64,000 bases of DNA from Octopus sinensis (GCF_006345805.1 NC_043020.1:22506001-22570000); one strand, 5' to 3'. Counted from the first letter of the stretch, positions 1 through 12,181 are shown. Program-made: numbers and translations. Notes: generated from the letters alone by a model not told the origin.

Positions 1-183
1 TTAAACGAGGGACATATTCATACGGCACAATGTTTTTTTTACCTCAGTAGACGTCAATGATTGGTTGAAAGTGCAGAAATTGAAGAAAAAAAAACAACAA
101 ATATCTTACAAACTATAGAATTTTCTCAATAAAGCCAGGAGAAAAAGATGTTTTATAAACACATTCTACCAGTATACGAAGTT
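1..183 (+). mobile_element. MITE family M1, internal part, cut by window edge
   Basis: Matches the internal sequence of the full copy at 14279-14698 (ttaaacgagggacatattcatacggcac...ccagtatacgaagtt). Confidence 0.85.
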
Positions 184-470
184 ACCAGCGTCACCTTACT
201 GGCACTTGTACCTGTGCTAGTAGGGTGCCAAGAGCACCATCCGTGCGTGATCGTTGCCAGAGCAGCCAACTGGCTTCCGTGCCAGTGGCACGTAAAAGGG
301 CACCATTCAGACTGATTGTTCATCACAACTTGCATATGCAACTGATTTGGTCCTTGTAGCTGAGACTGGAGGATATAGAGGAAAAATTCCAAATGGTATC
401 CAGTAAAAATTTCTTACTCAACTTTTGAAAAAGTAAAATTGCTATAAGTACTGTGAAGTCAACATTTATA

Positions 471-864
471 GGCATAGGAGTGGCTGTGTGGTAAGTAGCT
501 TGCTTACCAACCACATGGTTCCGGGTTCAGTCCACTGCGTGACACCTTGGGCAAGTGTCTTCTACTAAAGCCTCAGGCCAACCAAAGCCTTGTGAGTGGA
601 TTTGGTAGAGGGAAACTGAAAGAAGCCTGTTGTGTATATGTTTGTGTGTCTGTGTTTGTCCCCCCACCATCGCTTGACAACATGCTGGTGTGTTTACATC
701 CCCATAACTTAGTGGTTCGGTGAAGGAGGCCGATAGAATAAGTATTAGGCTTACAAAGAATAAGACCTGTGGTCGATTTGCTTGACTAAAAAAGGTGGTG
801 CTCCAGCATGGCCACAGCCAAATGACTGAAACAAGTAAAATAATAAAAAGAGAGAGTAAAGAGT
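471..864 (+). mobile_element. tRNA-derived SINE family A
   Basis: Head ggagtggctgtgtggtaag...ggttccgggttca (A/B-box-like), accttgggcaagt core, internal (TA/TG)n, tail gaaacaagtaaaagagt; about 10 copies in window. Confidence 0.85.
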
Positions 865-1135
865 ATTTTGATATCTCCAGGGAAATCATGCTTATTTGAC
901 AGGGAAGTAGTAGGCAGGAATTCAACGTAGTATATGCAGTGTGATCTGTTGGTACAGAGATGGTGTAGTGGAATCAAAGACGAACTAAGTGAATAAAGAG
1001 AGAGTTTTTGGTAGATGCACAGAAGTTGTCAGAGCAGCAGTAAAATAAATTTTATTTATAATGTTCAAAATGCTCTGTACAAGTAGTTGATAGTATTTGT
1101 AAGTGACTTAATCAGCAGTGGAAGCATAATAACCA

Positions 1136-1622
1136 GGCGCAGGAGTGGCTGTGTGGTAAGTAGCTTGCATACCAACCATATGTCTCCGGGTTCAGTCCCA
1201 CTGCGTGGCACCTTGGGCAAGTGTCTTCTGCTATAGCCTTGTGAGTGGATTTGGGAGACGGAAACTGAAAAGAAGCCTGTCGTATGTATGTATATATATA
1301 TATGCGTTTGTGTGTCTGTGTTTGGGCAAGTATCTTCTACTATAGCCTCGGGCCGACCAAAGCCTTGTGAGTGGATTTGGTAGACGGAAACTGAAAGAAG
1401 CCTGTCGTATATATGTATGTCTGTGTTTGTCCCCCTAGCATTGCTTGACAACCGATGGTGGTGTGTTTATGTCCCCGTCACTTAGCGGTTCGGGAAAAGA
1501 GACCGATAGAATAAGTACTGGGCTTACAAAAGAATAAGTCCCAGCGTTGAGTTGCTCAACTAAAAATGGTGTTGCTCCAGCATGGCTGCAGTCAAAGGAC
1601 TGAAACAAGTAAAAGAGAGAAT
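1136..1622 (+). mobile_element. SINE family A with internal duplication
   Basis: Full head and tail; the gggcaagt...gaagcctgtcg block occurs twice. Confidence 0.85.
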
Positions 1623-1868
1623 AAAAACATGGCAGTGAATAATCAGGAAATTAACAAGAAGATAATCCTGTCAAGCAAAAGACATGCAATGCACCCCCCC
1701 CCCCATGGTAGTGTGGGCACTAAATATAGGGGTTTTGTGGAAGCTGAAAAGAAATGAAGCTTGATGTGTTACATAGGAAATGAGGAGCAAGGTCCAAGTG
1801 AGCTGAGGGATAAAATGAAGTGTGCAAGGAAGACTATTGTCACAAACAATGTACCAATGGTGACTGAT

Positions 1869-2170
1869 AGGTGGAGGCACATGGCCTAGTGGTTAGAGCA
1901 GCGGACTCGCGGTTGAGGGATTGCGGGTTCGAATATCTGACCAGGCGATGTTTGTGTTTATGAGCAAAACACCAAAGCTCCATGCGGCTCCGGCAGAAGA
2001 TAATGGCGAAACTTCTGCTGACTCTTTTGCCACAACTTCCTCTCACTCTTTCCTCCTCCTGCATCTTGCAGCTCACTTGCAATGGACCGGCGTCCCGTCC
2101 AGGTGGGGAACCTATACGCCCAGGAAACTGGCCCTTATGAGCCACGCATGGCTTGAGAAGGAACAAACAA
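1869..2170 (+). mobile_element. tRNA-derived SINE family C (Meta-domain-like core)
   Basis: A box tggcctagtgg, B box ggttcgaat, 13-bp TSD AATGGTGACTGAT (1856-1868, 2171-2183); core gcaatggaccggcgtcccgtccagg resembles the MetaSINE domain from memory. Confidence 0.8.
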
Positions 2171-2509
2171 AATGGTGACTGATGAGTAGAGAAGTGTCAG
2201 GAGATCCCTGTAGAAGAGGGAGAGCCAAACAAATGAGATGAAGGCTAATCCCTGAAGGATCAACCTCAAAGAAATACAGCAAAGTTGAAGACTTGTCTGA
2301 CCCAAGCAAACGTGGAAAAACAACTTTAAAATGTTAATGATGATCATTCTCATCATCAATTTGTGTTCAAAAATGAGGAAATAGCATATAAAATATGTTC
2401 ACAGTAATCAAAAATATTTCAGGGCAAATTGTTAGGGAAATGTTTGTGCTGTTGTGTGAGGATATCAGTGTTGGGATATTACAGTAACAGTTGAGTTATT
2501 AACTTAATT

Positions 2510-2895
2510 ATCATCATCATCATCGTTTAATGTCCGTTTCCATGCTAGCATGTGTTGGACGGTTCGACCAGGGTCTGGGAAGCCAGGAGGCTGCACCAGG
2601 CTCCGGTCTGATTTGGCAGTGTTTCTACAGCTGGATGCCCTTCCTAATGCCAACCACTCTGTGAGTGTAGTGGGTGCTATTTATGTGCCACCGGCACAGG
2701 CCAGAGGAGGCTGGCAAATGGCCACGATCGGTTGGTGCTTTTTATGTGTCATCGACACAGATGGCATGGGTATCTTAACTACAATTTCTATTTGATTTTT
2801 ATTTTGATGTTGGTGTCGACGTACTTGACTCAACAGGTCTCCTCAAGAACAGCGGGTCACTCTATGATCCAAGGTTAGCACAGCAGGCCATCCTG
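2510..2895 (-). mobile_element. 5'-truncated RTE LINE 3' UTR
   Basis: (CAT)n tail and body colinear with the 3' UTR of the RT-bearing copy at 45544-46259. Confidence 0.8.
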
Positions 2896-3029
2896 TTCTA
2901 ACCTTGGATCGTTAGTTTCCATATATAAATAAATATCCTAAACATTAACAAAGGGTTCAATTACTTAGTTTTGAGGTGTTCATATATTCTTGCCTGCTGT
3001 AATCTTTTACAGTGTTTATTGACACTAAA

Positions 3030-3515
3030 CTCTTCTTGCGAGGACCTGTTGAGGTAAGTGAAATTGAAATAAAATTCGATGACAGGCATCCGTGCTAGTG
3101 GAGTGCTAAGGGCACCATCTGAGTGTGATCATTGCTAGAGCAGCTAACTGGCTTCCATGCCGGTAGCACATAGAAAGCACCATTCGGGCATGATCGTTAC
3201 CAGTATCGCCTTACTTGTGCTGGTGGCACGTGAAAAAATATTCGAGCAAGGTTGTTACCAGTGCTGCTGGACTAGCTCCTGTGCAGGTGGCACGTAAAAA
3301 ACACTATTTGAGCATGGCCATTGCGCTTCCTAATGCCAACCACTCCGAGAATATAGTGGGTACTTTAACGTGCCACCGGCATGAGGGCCAGTTTGGTGGT
3401 ACTCGAATGGCCACGCCCAAATGGTGCTTTTTACATGTCACCTGCACAGGAGCCAGTCCAGCGGCACTGGCGACGACCTCGCTTGAACGTTTCACGTTCC
3501 ACCAGCCCAAGTGCT
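3030..3515. mobile_element. RTE 3' UTR fragments in opposite orientations
   Basis: ggtggcacgtaaaaa-type repeats on + to ~3324, then on - from ~3325. Confidence 0.7.
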
Positions 3516-3850
3516 AGTAAGGTGAAGCAGTAAGTTAAAATATTTTGTGTATTGTACAAGTAAAACCAATTTATTGGACATAAAGTTTAACAGCAAAATC
3601 TTACGTGGACCCTGGTTGAGAACCATTGGTCCTCTGTACTTAACTGGTGTTTTTCTGTTTGTACGTGCCCCATTGTTTGAGAACTGGTGTTTGATTGTGT
3701 ACATTGCCATAACTTAGAAGTCTGATAAAAGATGTGCATAGAATAAGCAGCAGATTTAAAATATATGTACTTTTGTTCAATTGTTCAACTAAACCCTTCG
3801 AAGTGGTTGCCTAGCATGACCATAATAGTAAAAGATAGATGGCATATGTA

Positions 3851-4585
3851 TGCACAGTGTGGCTGTGTGATAAGAAGCTTGCTTTTCAACCATATAGTCA
3901 CTGCATGGTATCTTGGGCAAGGGTCTTCCATTATCATACTGGGCCGTCCAAAACCCTTGTGAGTGGATTTCATAGACAGAAACTGAAAGAAACTAAGGTA
4001 GCAAGCTGGCAGAATCGTTAGCATGCCGGGCGAAATGCTTAGCGGTATTTCGTCTGCCATTACGTTCTGAGTTCAAAATCTGCCGGGGTCGATATAATCG
4101 ACTTAATCTGTTTGTCTGTCCTTGTTTGTCCTTTCTGTGTTTAGCCCCTTGTGGGTAGTAAAGAAATAGGTATTTCGTCTGCCGTTACGTTCTGAGTTCA
4201 AATTCCGCCAAGGTCAACTTTGCCTTTCATCCTTTCGGGGTCGATAAATGAAGTACCTGTTACGCACTGGAGTCGATTTAATCGACTTAATCACCTTGTT
4301 TGTCCCCTCTATGTTTAGCCCCTTGTGGGCAGTAAAGAAATAACTGAAAGAAGCTCATGATATATACATATGTGTGTGTCTATTTGGGTTTTCCCTCCAC
4401 CATCACTTGACAACTGGTGTTGGTTTCTTTTGCTACCTATAATTTGGTAAGTTAGTAAAAAAAAGTAAATTGATAGAATAAGTACCAAACTTTGGAAAGA
4501 AAAGGCTTGGGGTTCATCTGTTTGACTAAAGTCTTCAAGGAGGTGCCCCAGCATGGCCACAGTCCAGTGACTAAATCGAACTAGT
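3851..4585 (+). mobile_element. SINE A carrying a nested SINE B dimer (3992-4341)
   Basis: SINE A is split at aactgaaagaa, which is duplicated on both sides of the SINE B dimer. Confidence 0.75.
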
Positions 4586-4729
4586 GTGTTAGGTATTAAG
4601 ATAGTATGATTCTCCCCAGACACAACAAAAAATTAAAAAAGTTATCTTGAAAATGCTTTTAAAACATTAAGCGTTTTATTTCCAAGAAAATTCACATCAC
4701 TAGAAATCCCCAACGTCCCCTTCTGAATC

Positions 4730-4972
4730 GCGATATCTCCAAGGGGACGCTACCATTGAGGTTGTTATACTTGATACCGAAAATGCGGCCGCAGACATAA
4801 AAGTCAGCTTTACTTGTGTTCCGTTAGGATTTTATTGTGGAAGAAACAAGGAATTCTTTGAATGGTAAATCATCGGTAAACCTCTCATTCTAACAATCAG
4901 ATGATTACTTTGGTAGTTTAGTGAAAGCGCTTAGCACAATGATTCCCTGTTTACATCTGGAAAAAGGTAAGC
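4730..4972 (+). promoter_or_regulatory. Putative promoter / non-coding exon 1 of ZF1 with splice donor
   Basis: Conserved block atctccaagggg..accatt..gataccgaaaatgcggc..agtcagcttt; donor aaaaag|GTaagc (GT 4967-4968), homologous to blocks before other ZF genes. Confidence 0.6.
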
Positions 4973-5021
4973 TGATAAAACATTTATCTTAATGCTTATG
5001 TATGTAAATAATAGAATTTTT

Positions 5022-5141
5022 GGCGATCCTTCGGTATAGGTACCCTTCCCCCCCAACCCTAACCCCCACATATATAAAAAAAAAAACCCCACTTTCTTGA
5101 AATATATCCTATACTTCCGGTACCTATACCGAAGTTACGCC
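5022..5141. mobile_element. MITE family M2
   Basis: TIRs GGCGATCCTTCGGTATAGGTACC / GGTACCTATACCGAAGTTACGCC; 8-bp TSD GAATTTTT. Confidence 0.85.
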
Positions 5142-5597
5142 GAATTTTTTTTTTTTTGGAGGATGTTAATTATATTCAAGTAAAAATATATAACAGAGGG
5201 AAAATATATTTCTTTCGGATACAGTAATTATATAAATGTAAAAACTCATAGCAACATTGGTAAAAATATATTTCCTACAAGAATACAATAATTACATTGA
5301 ACTGAAAATAATAAATTTGGGGAAAATATTTACATATCTTGATTTAGCGAAAGTAAAGAATACCTACACCCGGTGTTTAGGGTCAGGGTTTTTGTTAGGC
5401 CGAAAATGGGTGGTGTACTTTACCTCCGCCTCTTGATTTTTATGTAGAAATAAGTCTTTCATGTTAATCTCTATCCTTAAAAAATCCTTTAAAAATCAAC
5501 TTACAAGAACAGAAACGAATTGAACTATATTAGCAGATATTAACCGATATGTGTGTGTGTATATTAGCACATATTAACCGATATGTGTGTGTGTATA

Positions 5598-5830
5598 TAC
5601 TCTTTTACTTGTTTCAGTCATTTGACTGTGGCCATGCTGGAGCACCGCCTTTAGTCGAGCAAATCGATCCCAGGACTTATTCTTTGTAAGCCTAGTACCG
5701 TACTTATTCTATCGGTTTCTCTTGCCGAACCGCTAAGTTACGGTGACGTAAACACACCAGCATCGGTTGTCAAGCGATGTTGGGGAGACAAGCACAGACA
5801 CACAAACATATACACACACACATACATATA

Positions 5831-5881
<51 letters not shown>

Positions 5882-6001
5882 GACGGCTTTCTTTCAGTTT
5901 CCGTCTACCAAATCCACTCACAAAGCTTTGATCGGCCCGAGGCTATAGTAGAAGACACTTGCCCAAGGTGTCACGCTGTGGGACTGAACCCGGAACCATG
6001 T
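5598..6001 (-). mobile_element. SINE family A
   Basis: Reverse complement of family A tail and body; head truncated. Confidence 0.85.
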
Positions 6002-6664
6002 GATATAAAGTATCAAAATTTTTCATAACATTGTGAGTCTCATTTAACTGTTTGAAGTTACGAAACACAGCTGCAAAATTATCCAGACGGATTTATATCA
6101 GATATCAGTGATTTGGCTTCTATTTGCTTTCTGTAAATAATGGTTTCACAACAGATGGCATGATATTGTTTCATCTCCATATGAATGGACGTATTAGGAG
6201 TTAGGTCACTTTTTTTAAGAAGTACTTCGTTTTTTGATCATTTTTCCCCTGTCATTCAAAGTTTGTTTTTTCATTCATAATATTTTTTGTTTGATCCGTT
6301 ATAGTACTTGTAGTACAGATAAGAACGGACTTCACTTTGATTATGGGTCTGCTCAGTTACGGCTGACTTAGGGACAAAACAGCAACAATGAGGCCCCTGG
6401 GGTGGAAACTATGCGATTACTCAACCTTCTTGAAATTACACCTAGCCGTCTTAGAAATTATGGCAGGGCGTGGTAATTGGACACTCAAGATAATGCATCC
6501 CTAGATATACAACGACAGTGTCGTGGCCGGAATGTGTTTGATAATAGGTTTGCTTAGTAAGGATTGCCCATGGATTACGTAACAGTGACAACAGATGTTT
6601 CTAGTGAGAGAAAAATGTCCAACGTTCTGTAAATTTTGGTATAGTGAACATATGTCATATGTAA

Positions 6665-6885
6665 CCCTTTCGTTACCAACCTGGCTAAAACTGGCTCTGG
6701 TTCTGTGTACAAATGTCTTATTTTCTTAAGTTTGGAATTAAAATCTTCCCCCAAACCTTAATCACAATTTATGTTCCTAACACTAGCTGAATGATAACTA
6801 AGTTATTTTATTAAATTCTTTGTTATATTTTTAAGTAATTGAAAGAAACACAGAGCATCTCAAAATAAATGCAGTTACTAAAGGG
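6665..6885 (+). mobile_element. piggyBac-type MITE P1 (degenerate ends)
   Basis: Same body as 11963-12181; CCC...GGG ends; TTAA flanks decayed. Confidence 0.7.
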
Positions 6886-7173
6886 ATGTCAACTGTTTAG
6901 TAGTAGGGAGGTCAATCCCTGGGTAAGTCAGGGTATATTCTGGTTGAAGTGTAGCAAACTAAAGGCATCACAATTAGTTGAATAACAAATGAGGAGAATA
7001 TCTGTAGTGTAGACAATGGAATGAGATCGCTATACCTATTTGGGTTTCATAAAGATTCCAAACTCTGTGAATATTATTGAATATGAGAGGTACCTGAAGA
7101 AGTCCTGATCATACAAGGACTGAAGATATCAATCAAGATATGTACACTCGCTGTTGTTGATTGTAATATGGGT

Positions 7174-7477
7174 TTTTATTTTTTTGTTCCTTCTCAAGCC
7201 ATGCCTGGCTCATAAGGGCAGGTTTCTTGGCGTATAGGTTCCCCACCTGGACGGGACGCTGGTCTGTCGCGGGTGAGCTACAAGATGCAGGAGGAAAGAG
7301 TGAGAGAAAGTTGTGGCGAAAGAGTCAGCAGAAGTTTCGCCATTACCTTCTGCTGGAGCTACGTGGAGCTTAGGTGTTTCACTCATAAACACACACATCA
7401 CCCGGTCTGAGATTCGAACCCGCGATTCCTCGACCGCAAGTCCGCTGCTCTAACCACTAGGCCATGTGCCACCACTA
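7174..7477 (-). mobile_element. SINE family C
   Basis: Reverse copy of 1869-2170; 13-bp TSD TTGTAATATGGGT (7161-7173, 7478-7490). Confidence 0.85.
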
Positions 7478-8007
7478 TTGTAATATGGGTAATGTTACAC
7501 AATCTGAAGGTGTAGACTGTAAATATGTAAACCTCACACAGCTTTGGATGATGTAATTTGAATCAATAACAAATTAAACGTTCGGTTATTGAGGTGAAAG
7601 TTTATAATTTCTTTTTTCAATATAGAATTGTAGTAAAATTACTCTGTTGAACCTCTATTTTATCTAATTATTTTTGGTATCTTACTCTTTCTCTATTTCC
7701 GTATCCCAAATGAGATTGCCATTAAAAATAATATCAATATTTATCATTTACAGACAAATGAAAGCTGTTATGCAGAAGATTTACAACTCTGTTTCTTTAA
7801 ATTCATCATTGAGTTTGTGCAAAATATTTCTTCTGAGTGAGACATTTCTCTTCTTCAATGTCTGGAGGGTAACCAAGATGATTTTGTATTCCAGTTAAAC
7901 ATGGACAGATTTACAAAGAAGTTGGAAATATTGCTGTATAAATATTTTGATCTCAAAGCAATGAAAATATCCATATTGTCATTGGAAAAGAAAAAAATTG
8001 TAGAAGA

Positions 8008-9138
8008 ATGAATTTTCCTGATGAATTGTCAAAGGAGGTGGGAAAATCATCATATTCCTGTGATATCTGTCAAAGGACATTCTCTCTAAAAGGTAGTCTT
8101 GCTACTCATAAATGTATTCACACAGGTGAGAAACCATACAACTGTGATATCTGTGGTAAGACATTCACTGTAAGAAGGAACTTAACTGAACATAGACATA
8201 TTCATACAGGAGAGAAACCACATCACTGTGATATCTGTGGTAAATCATTCTCTAGAATTCGTACTTTAATTACCCATAAACGGGTCCACACTGGAGAAAA
8301 GCCATACGAATGTGATACTTGTGGTAAATCTTTCTCTGTAGGAAGTCATTTAGCTGATCATGTACGTACTCATACAGGTGAAAGGCCATATCATTGTGAT
8401 ATCTGTAATAAATCGTTCTCTTGCACCAGTAGCCTGACTCGCCATATACGTATCCATACAGGAGAGAAACCATATCAGTGTGATATTTGTGGTGAATCAT
8501 TCTCTGAAACGGGTAATTTGACTAAACACAAATACATTCATACAGGAGAGAAGTTTCATCACTGTGATACCTGTGGAAGAGCATTTTTTCAAAGATCTCA
8601 GTTAAACTCTCACAAACGTATTCATACAGGTAAAAAACCATATCACTGTGACATCTGCGGTAAATCCTTCTCTCACACAAGTCAATTGACAATACACAAC
8701 AGGCGCGTTCATACAGGAGAAAAACCATATCAGTGTGATATCTGTGGTAAATCGTTCACTGATGGGGGTACATTAGGTGTTCACAAGCGTATTCATTCAG
8801 GGGAGAAGCCATATCATTGCGATATCTGTGGTAAATCATTCACTTACACAGGTACATTAACTGTTCACAGGCGTATTCATACAAAGGAGAAACCATGTCA
8901 GTGTGATATCTGTGGTAAATCTTTCACTGATGGAAGTGCATTAGCTTCTCATAAACGTATGCATACAGGGGAAAAACCATATCACTGTGATATCTGTGGT
9001 AAGTCATTCTCTCGTAGTTACGACCTAACTAGACATGTTCGTTTTCATACAGGTGAGAAGCCATATCAGTGTAATATTTGCAGTAAATCATTCTATGAAG
9101 CATGTAAATTAACTAAACACAAATACACACATACATGA
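8008..9138 (+). CDS. ZF1: C2H2 zinc-finger protein, 13 fingers, 376 aa
   Basis: CxxC-x12-HxxxH repeats with TGEKPY linkers; short MNFPDELSKE leader; single coding exon. Confidence 0.93.
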   Translation: MNFPDELSKEVGKSSYSCDICQRTFSLKGSLATHKCIHTGEKPYNCDICGKTFTVRRNLTEHRHIHTGEKPHHCDICGKSFSRIRTLITHKRVHTGEKPYECDTCGKSFSVGSHLADHVRTHTGERPYHCDICNKSFSCTSSLTRHIRIHTGEKPYQCDICGESFSETGNLTKHKYIHTGEKFHHCDTCGRAFFQRSQLNSHKRIHTGKKPYHCDICGKSFSHTSQLTIHNRRVHTGEKPYQCDICGKSFTDGGTLGVHKRIHSGEKPYHCDICGKSFTYTGTLTVHRRIHTKEKPCQCDICGKSFTDGSALASHKRMHTGEKPYHCDICGKSFSRSYDLTRHVRFHTGEKPYQCNICSKSFYEACKLTKHKYTHT

Positions 9139-9294
9139 TGAAATTCATGTTTCTGTGATATTTGTAGTAAATCATTCATGCAAGAATTCGTATCACTGTG
9201 ATATCTGTGGTATTCCTCTGTCAGTAGCATCTCTGTATATACTCACCAACGCTTCGATACTGACAGGAAATTGTATCACTGTGAAATCTGAGGT
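9139..9294 (+). pseudogene. Decayed fingers after ZF1 stop
   Basis: tgtgatatttgtagtaaatcattc and tatcactgtgatatctgtggt motifs with stops and frameshifts. Confidence 0.75.
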
Positions 9295-9743
9295 ACATCA
9301 TCATCATCGTTTAACGTCTGCTTTCCATGCTAGCATGGGTTGGACAATTTTGACTGAGGGCTGGCAAACCAGATGGCTGCACCAGGCTTGATCTGGCAGA
9401 GTTTCTATAGCTGGATGCCCTTCCTAACGCCAACCACTCCGAGAGTATAGTGGGTGCTTTTTATGTGCTAGTCAGGCGGTACTGGCAACGACCTCGCTCG
9501 AATCTTTTTACACATGCCACCGGCACCGGTGCCAGTAAGGCGACGCTGGTAACGATCACGCTCAAATGGTGCCTTTTACATGCCACCGATACAGAAGCCA
9601 GTTAGCCATTCTGGCAACAATCATGCTCAGATGGTGCTCTTGGCACCCTACTAGCACGAGGCACAGGTGCCAGTAAGGCGATGCTGGTAACGATCACACT
9701 CAAATGGTGCCTTTTATGTGCCACTGGCACGGAAGCCGGTTAC
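9295..9743 (-). mobile_element. RTE LINE 3' UTR
   Basis: (CAT)n tail and tandem ggtgccttttacatgccac repeats. Confidence 0.8.
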
Positions 9744-9902
9744 TTTCTCAAAATAGTAATCTAACTACACATAAGTATTGATTGAAAAAAATAAATCTAT
9801 TTCTGGTAAATTATTCTCTATAACAAATGACTCCCCTACTCAGCAACATACACTTTGTGAAGTTAGTGGCAAATGGACAGACATCAGCAGTCATGTCACC
9901 AG

Positions 9903-10133
9903 GGCGGCGAGCTGGCAGAAACGTTTGCACGCCGGGTGAAATGTTTAGCGGTATTTCATCTGCGTTACATTGTGAGTTCAAATTCCGCCGAGGTTGACTT
10001 TGCCTTTCATCCTTTCGGGGTCGATAAATTAAGTACCAGTTATGCACTGGGGTCGATGTAATCGTCTTAATACCTATGTCTGTCCTTGTTTGTCCCCTCT
10101 GTGTTTAGCCCCTTGTGGGTAATAAAGAAATAG
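9903..10133 (+). mobile_element. tRNA-derived SINE family B (Nin/Deu-domain-like)
   Basis: ggcggcgagctggcagaa head, gagttcaaattcc B box, ttcatcctttcggggtcgataaattaagtaccag core resembling the Nin/Deu domain; about 8 loci. Confidence 0.8.
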
Positions 10134-10462
10134 GTATATCCCCACCTCTAGTGCTGTCTCCACAATGTAATCTATCCAGTAAGCTGAAATTGATTGTGGC
10201 AGGTAGGGCAGGAAGTCTTAAGAAGCATGCATGAAATGGAAGTAATTAGTAAAATGTTCCTTCTGGCTCATCTAATATATGAAATGGATTTGTTTGGGTT
10301 TTTTTTTTAATGGTAGTAATAAATGAATCAATAAAAAATATTGCATTGGTTATTGATCTCTCGAAAGATGTGTTTTATCGGAGGCTGTTTCCATATTTTT
10401 TTCTTTATAAAATTGTGTTTTGGATCAAATTGTTTCTCGTTTTTGTTTTATTTTATCGTGGT

Positions 10463-10665
10463 TACTCTTTTACTTGTTTCAGTCATTTGAGTGTGGCCAT
10501 GCTGGAGCACCGCCTTTAGTCAAGCAAATCGGCCCCAGGACTTATTCTTTGTAAGCCTAGTACTTATTCTATTTGTCTCGTTTGCCGAACCGCTAAGTTA
10601 CGGGGACGTAAACACATCAGCATCAGTTGTCAAGCGATGTTGGGGAGACAATCACAGACACACAA

Positions 10666-10706
<41 letters not shown>

Positions 10707-10877
10707 CATATATACGACAAGCTTCTTTCAGTTTCCGTCTACCAAATCCACTCACAAGGTTTTGGTCGGCCCGAGGCTATAGTAGAAGTCACTTGCCCAA
10801 GGTGCCACGCAGTTGGACTGAACCCGGAACCATGTGGTTGGTAAGCAAATTACTTAACTCACAGCCACTCCTGCGCC
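10463..10877 (-). mobile_element. SINE family A, full length
   Basis: Complete head (acagccactcctgcgcc) and tail on minus strand. Confidence 0.88.
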
Positions 10878-11234
10878 TGGTTGAAAAACTTTCACAAAAG
10901 TCATTTTGGTTATCCCATACTTTCTAATTTGTTCATACTGGGTTTTGCACATTCACTTCAAATCATCATCATACTCGTTTAACATCCGTTTTCCATGCTA
11001 GCATGGGTTGGACGGTTCAGCCAGGGTCTGCACCAGGCTCCAGTCTGATCTGGCAGCCTGGATCTAAATATAAAGCTAACATATTTAGCCCCAGGTCAAC
11101 TCTCATTGAGAAAAAAGTACGATTAAAAGCATTCCAGCTGTTTTCAGATTCAAATTTCAGCTGAAATTAAGAAAAGTTCAAATCAAAATGAATAAAATTT
11201 ATGAGGCATTTTATTCAAACATGATACAATTCAT

Positions 11235-11600
11235 AATAAGAGCACTCAGAGAGCGCAAACTTCCTCTGCCAAGGCAACACCAACGTCCTCTCAACAATTA
11301 GCCAGAGATGATTTTTAAAACGAGAATATCTGAAATAATCTCGATTGCTCTTGCAAATACTAAAAATGAACCCGACCGCTCTCAAAAATTAAGTAAAAAA
11401 CAGGAAAAATAATCCAGAATCCTTGTCCGGTACCGGATCGATCCCCAAATCTAATCAGTTCATGCCAGTCACGAGTGCAAACATTCCTGTAAGTTTCATC
11501 TGAATCCATCCAGTGGTTCTTGAGATATCTTGTCCACAGACAAACAAACAAACACAATTGAAAACAATACCTCTGCCTTAGCAAAGGTGGAGCTAATAAA
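11235..11600 (-). mobile_element. Helentron-associated (HINE/DINE-1-like) non-autonomous element
   Basis: On minus strand: 5' tattagctccacctttgctaaggcagagg, (gttt)n microsatellite, 3' ccttggcagagg...gcgctctctgagtgct; subterminal IR layout typical of HINEs. Confidence 0.55.
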
Positions 11601-11962
11601 TACCATTTATGAGAAGAATCCAATGAAGAAAACGTTCAGCTTCACATCCTGGTATTTAAACCCTTCTACCTCAAGAAATGAATGCATTTGTATTCACTTT
11701 TCTGCTAGAGTTCCCTCTAAGATAAAATTAAGTTCCATTAGGGGTGGTAATAGACTGGCTATAGCCTTGTTAAATATCCCAATATTAGAACAATATCAGG
11801 GATCAAAATTTGGTCACATAGTGATATTGAAAATGAAAAATAGACTCAACTTTCACTAAATGATAAAATCAATCATGTCTTACTTGTCTCAATAAATGTG
11901 TTTAGAATGTAGAGGGGTCTCAATGGAAGTTCAATGAATACAACTGGAGCCAATAGATTTAA

Positions 11963-12181
11963 CCCTTTTGTTACCAACCCGGCTGAAATCGGCTCTGGCT
12001 CTGAGTATGAATGTCTTGTTTTCATAAGTTTTGAATTAAAATCTTCCACCAAACCTTAGTCACAATTTATGTTCCTAACACTAGCTGAATGATAACCAAG
12101 TCATTTTACGAAATTCTTTGTAACATTTAAAGTAATTGAAAGAAACACAAAGCATCTCAAAATAAATACAGTAACAAAGGG
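11963..12181 (+). mobile_element. piggyBac-type MITE P1
   Basis: TTAA|CCCTTTTGTTAC...GTAACAAAGGG|TTAA; partial copies near 12590-12800 and 13833-13965. Confidence 0.85.

Noticed and set aside
1495-1510. agagaccga in SINE A as target of the invariant finger pair (rough code NGA-KAC)
   Set aside because: A ~6-bp prediction from approximate rules occurs by chance every few kb; not informative without binding data.
1873-1945. tRNA-like sequences at SINE heads
   Set aside because: A/B boxes only, followed by SINE body and flanked by TSDs; not tRNA genes.
7090-7144. gtac CTGAAGA agtcc...ggact GAAG atatc...gatat gtac hammerhead look-alike
   Set aside because: GAAG instead of GAAA and no unpaired H17 residue; core cannot form properly.
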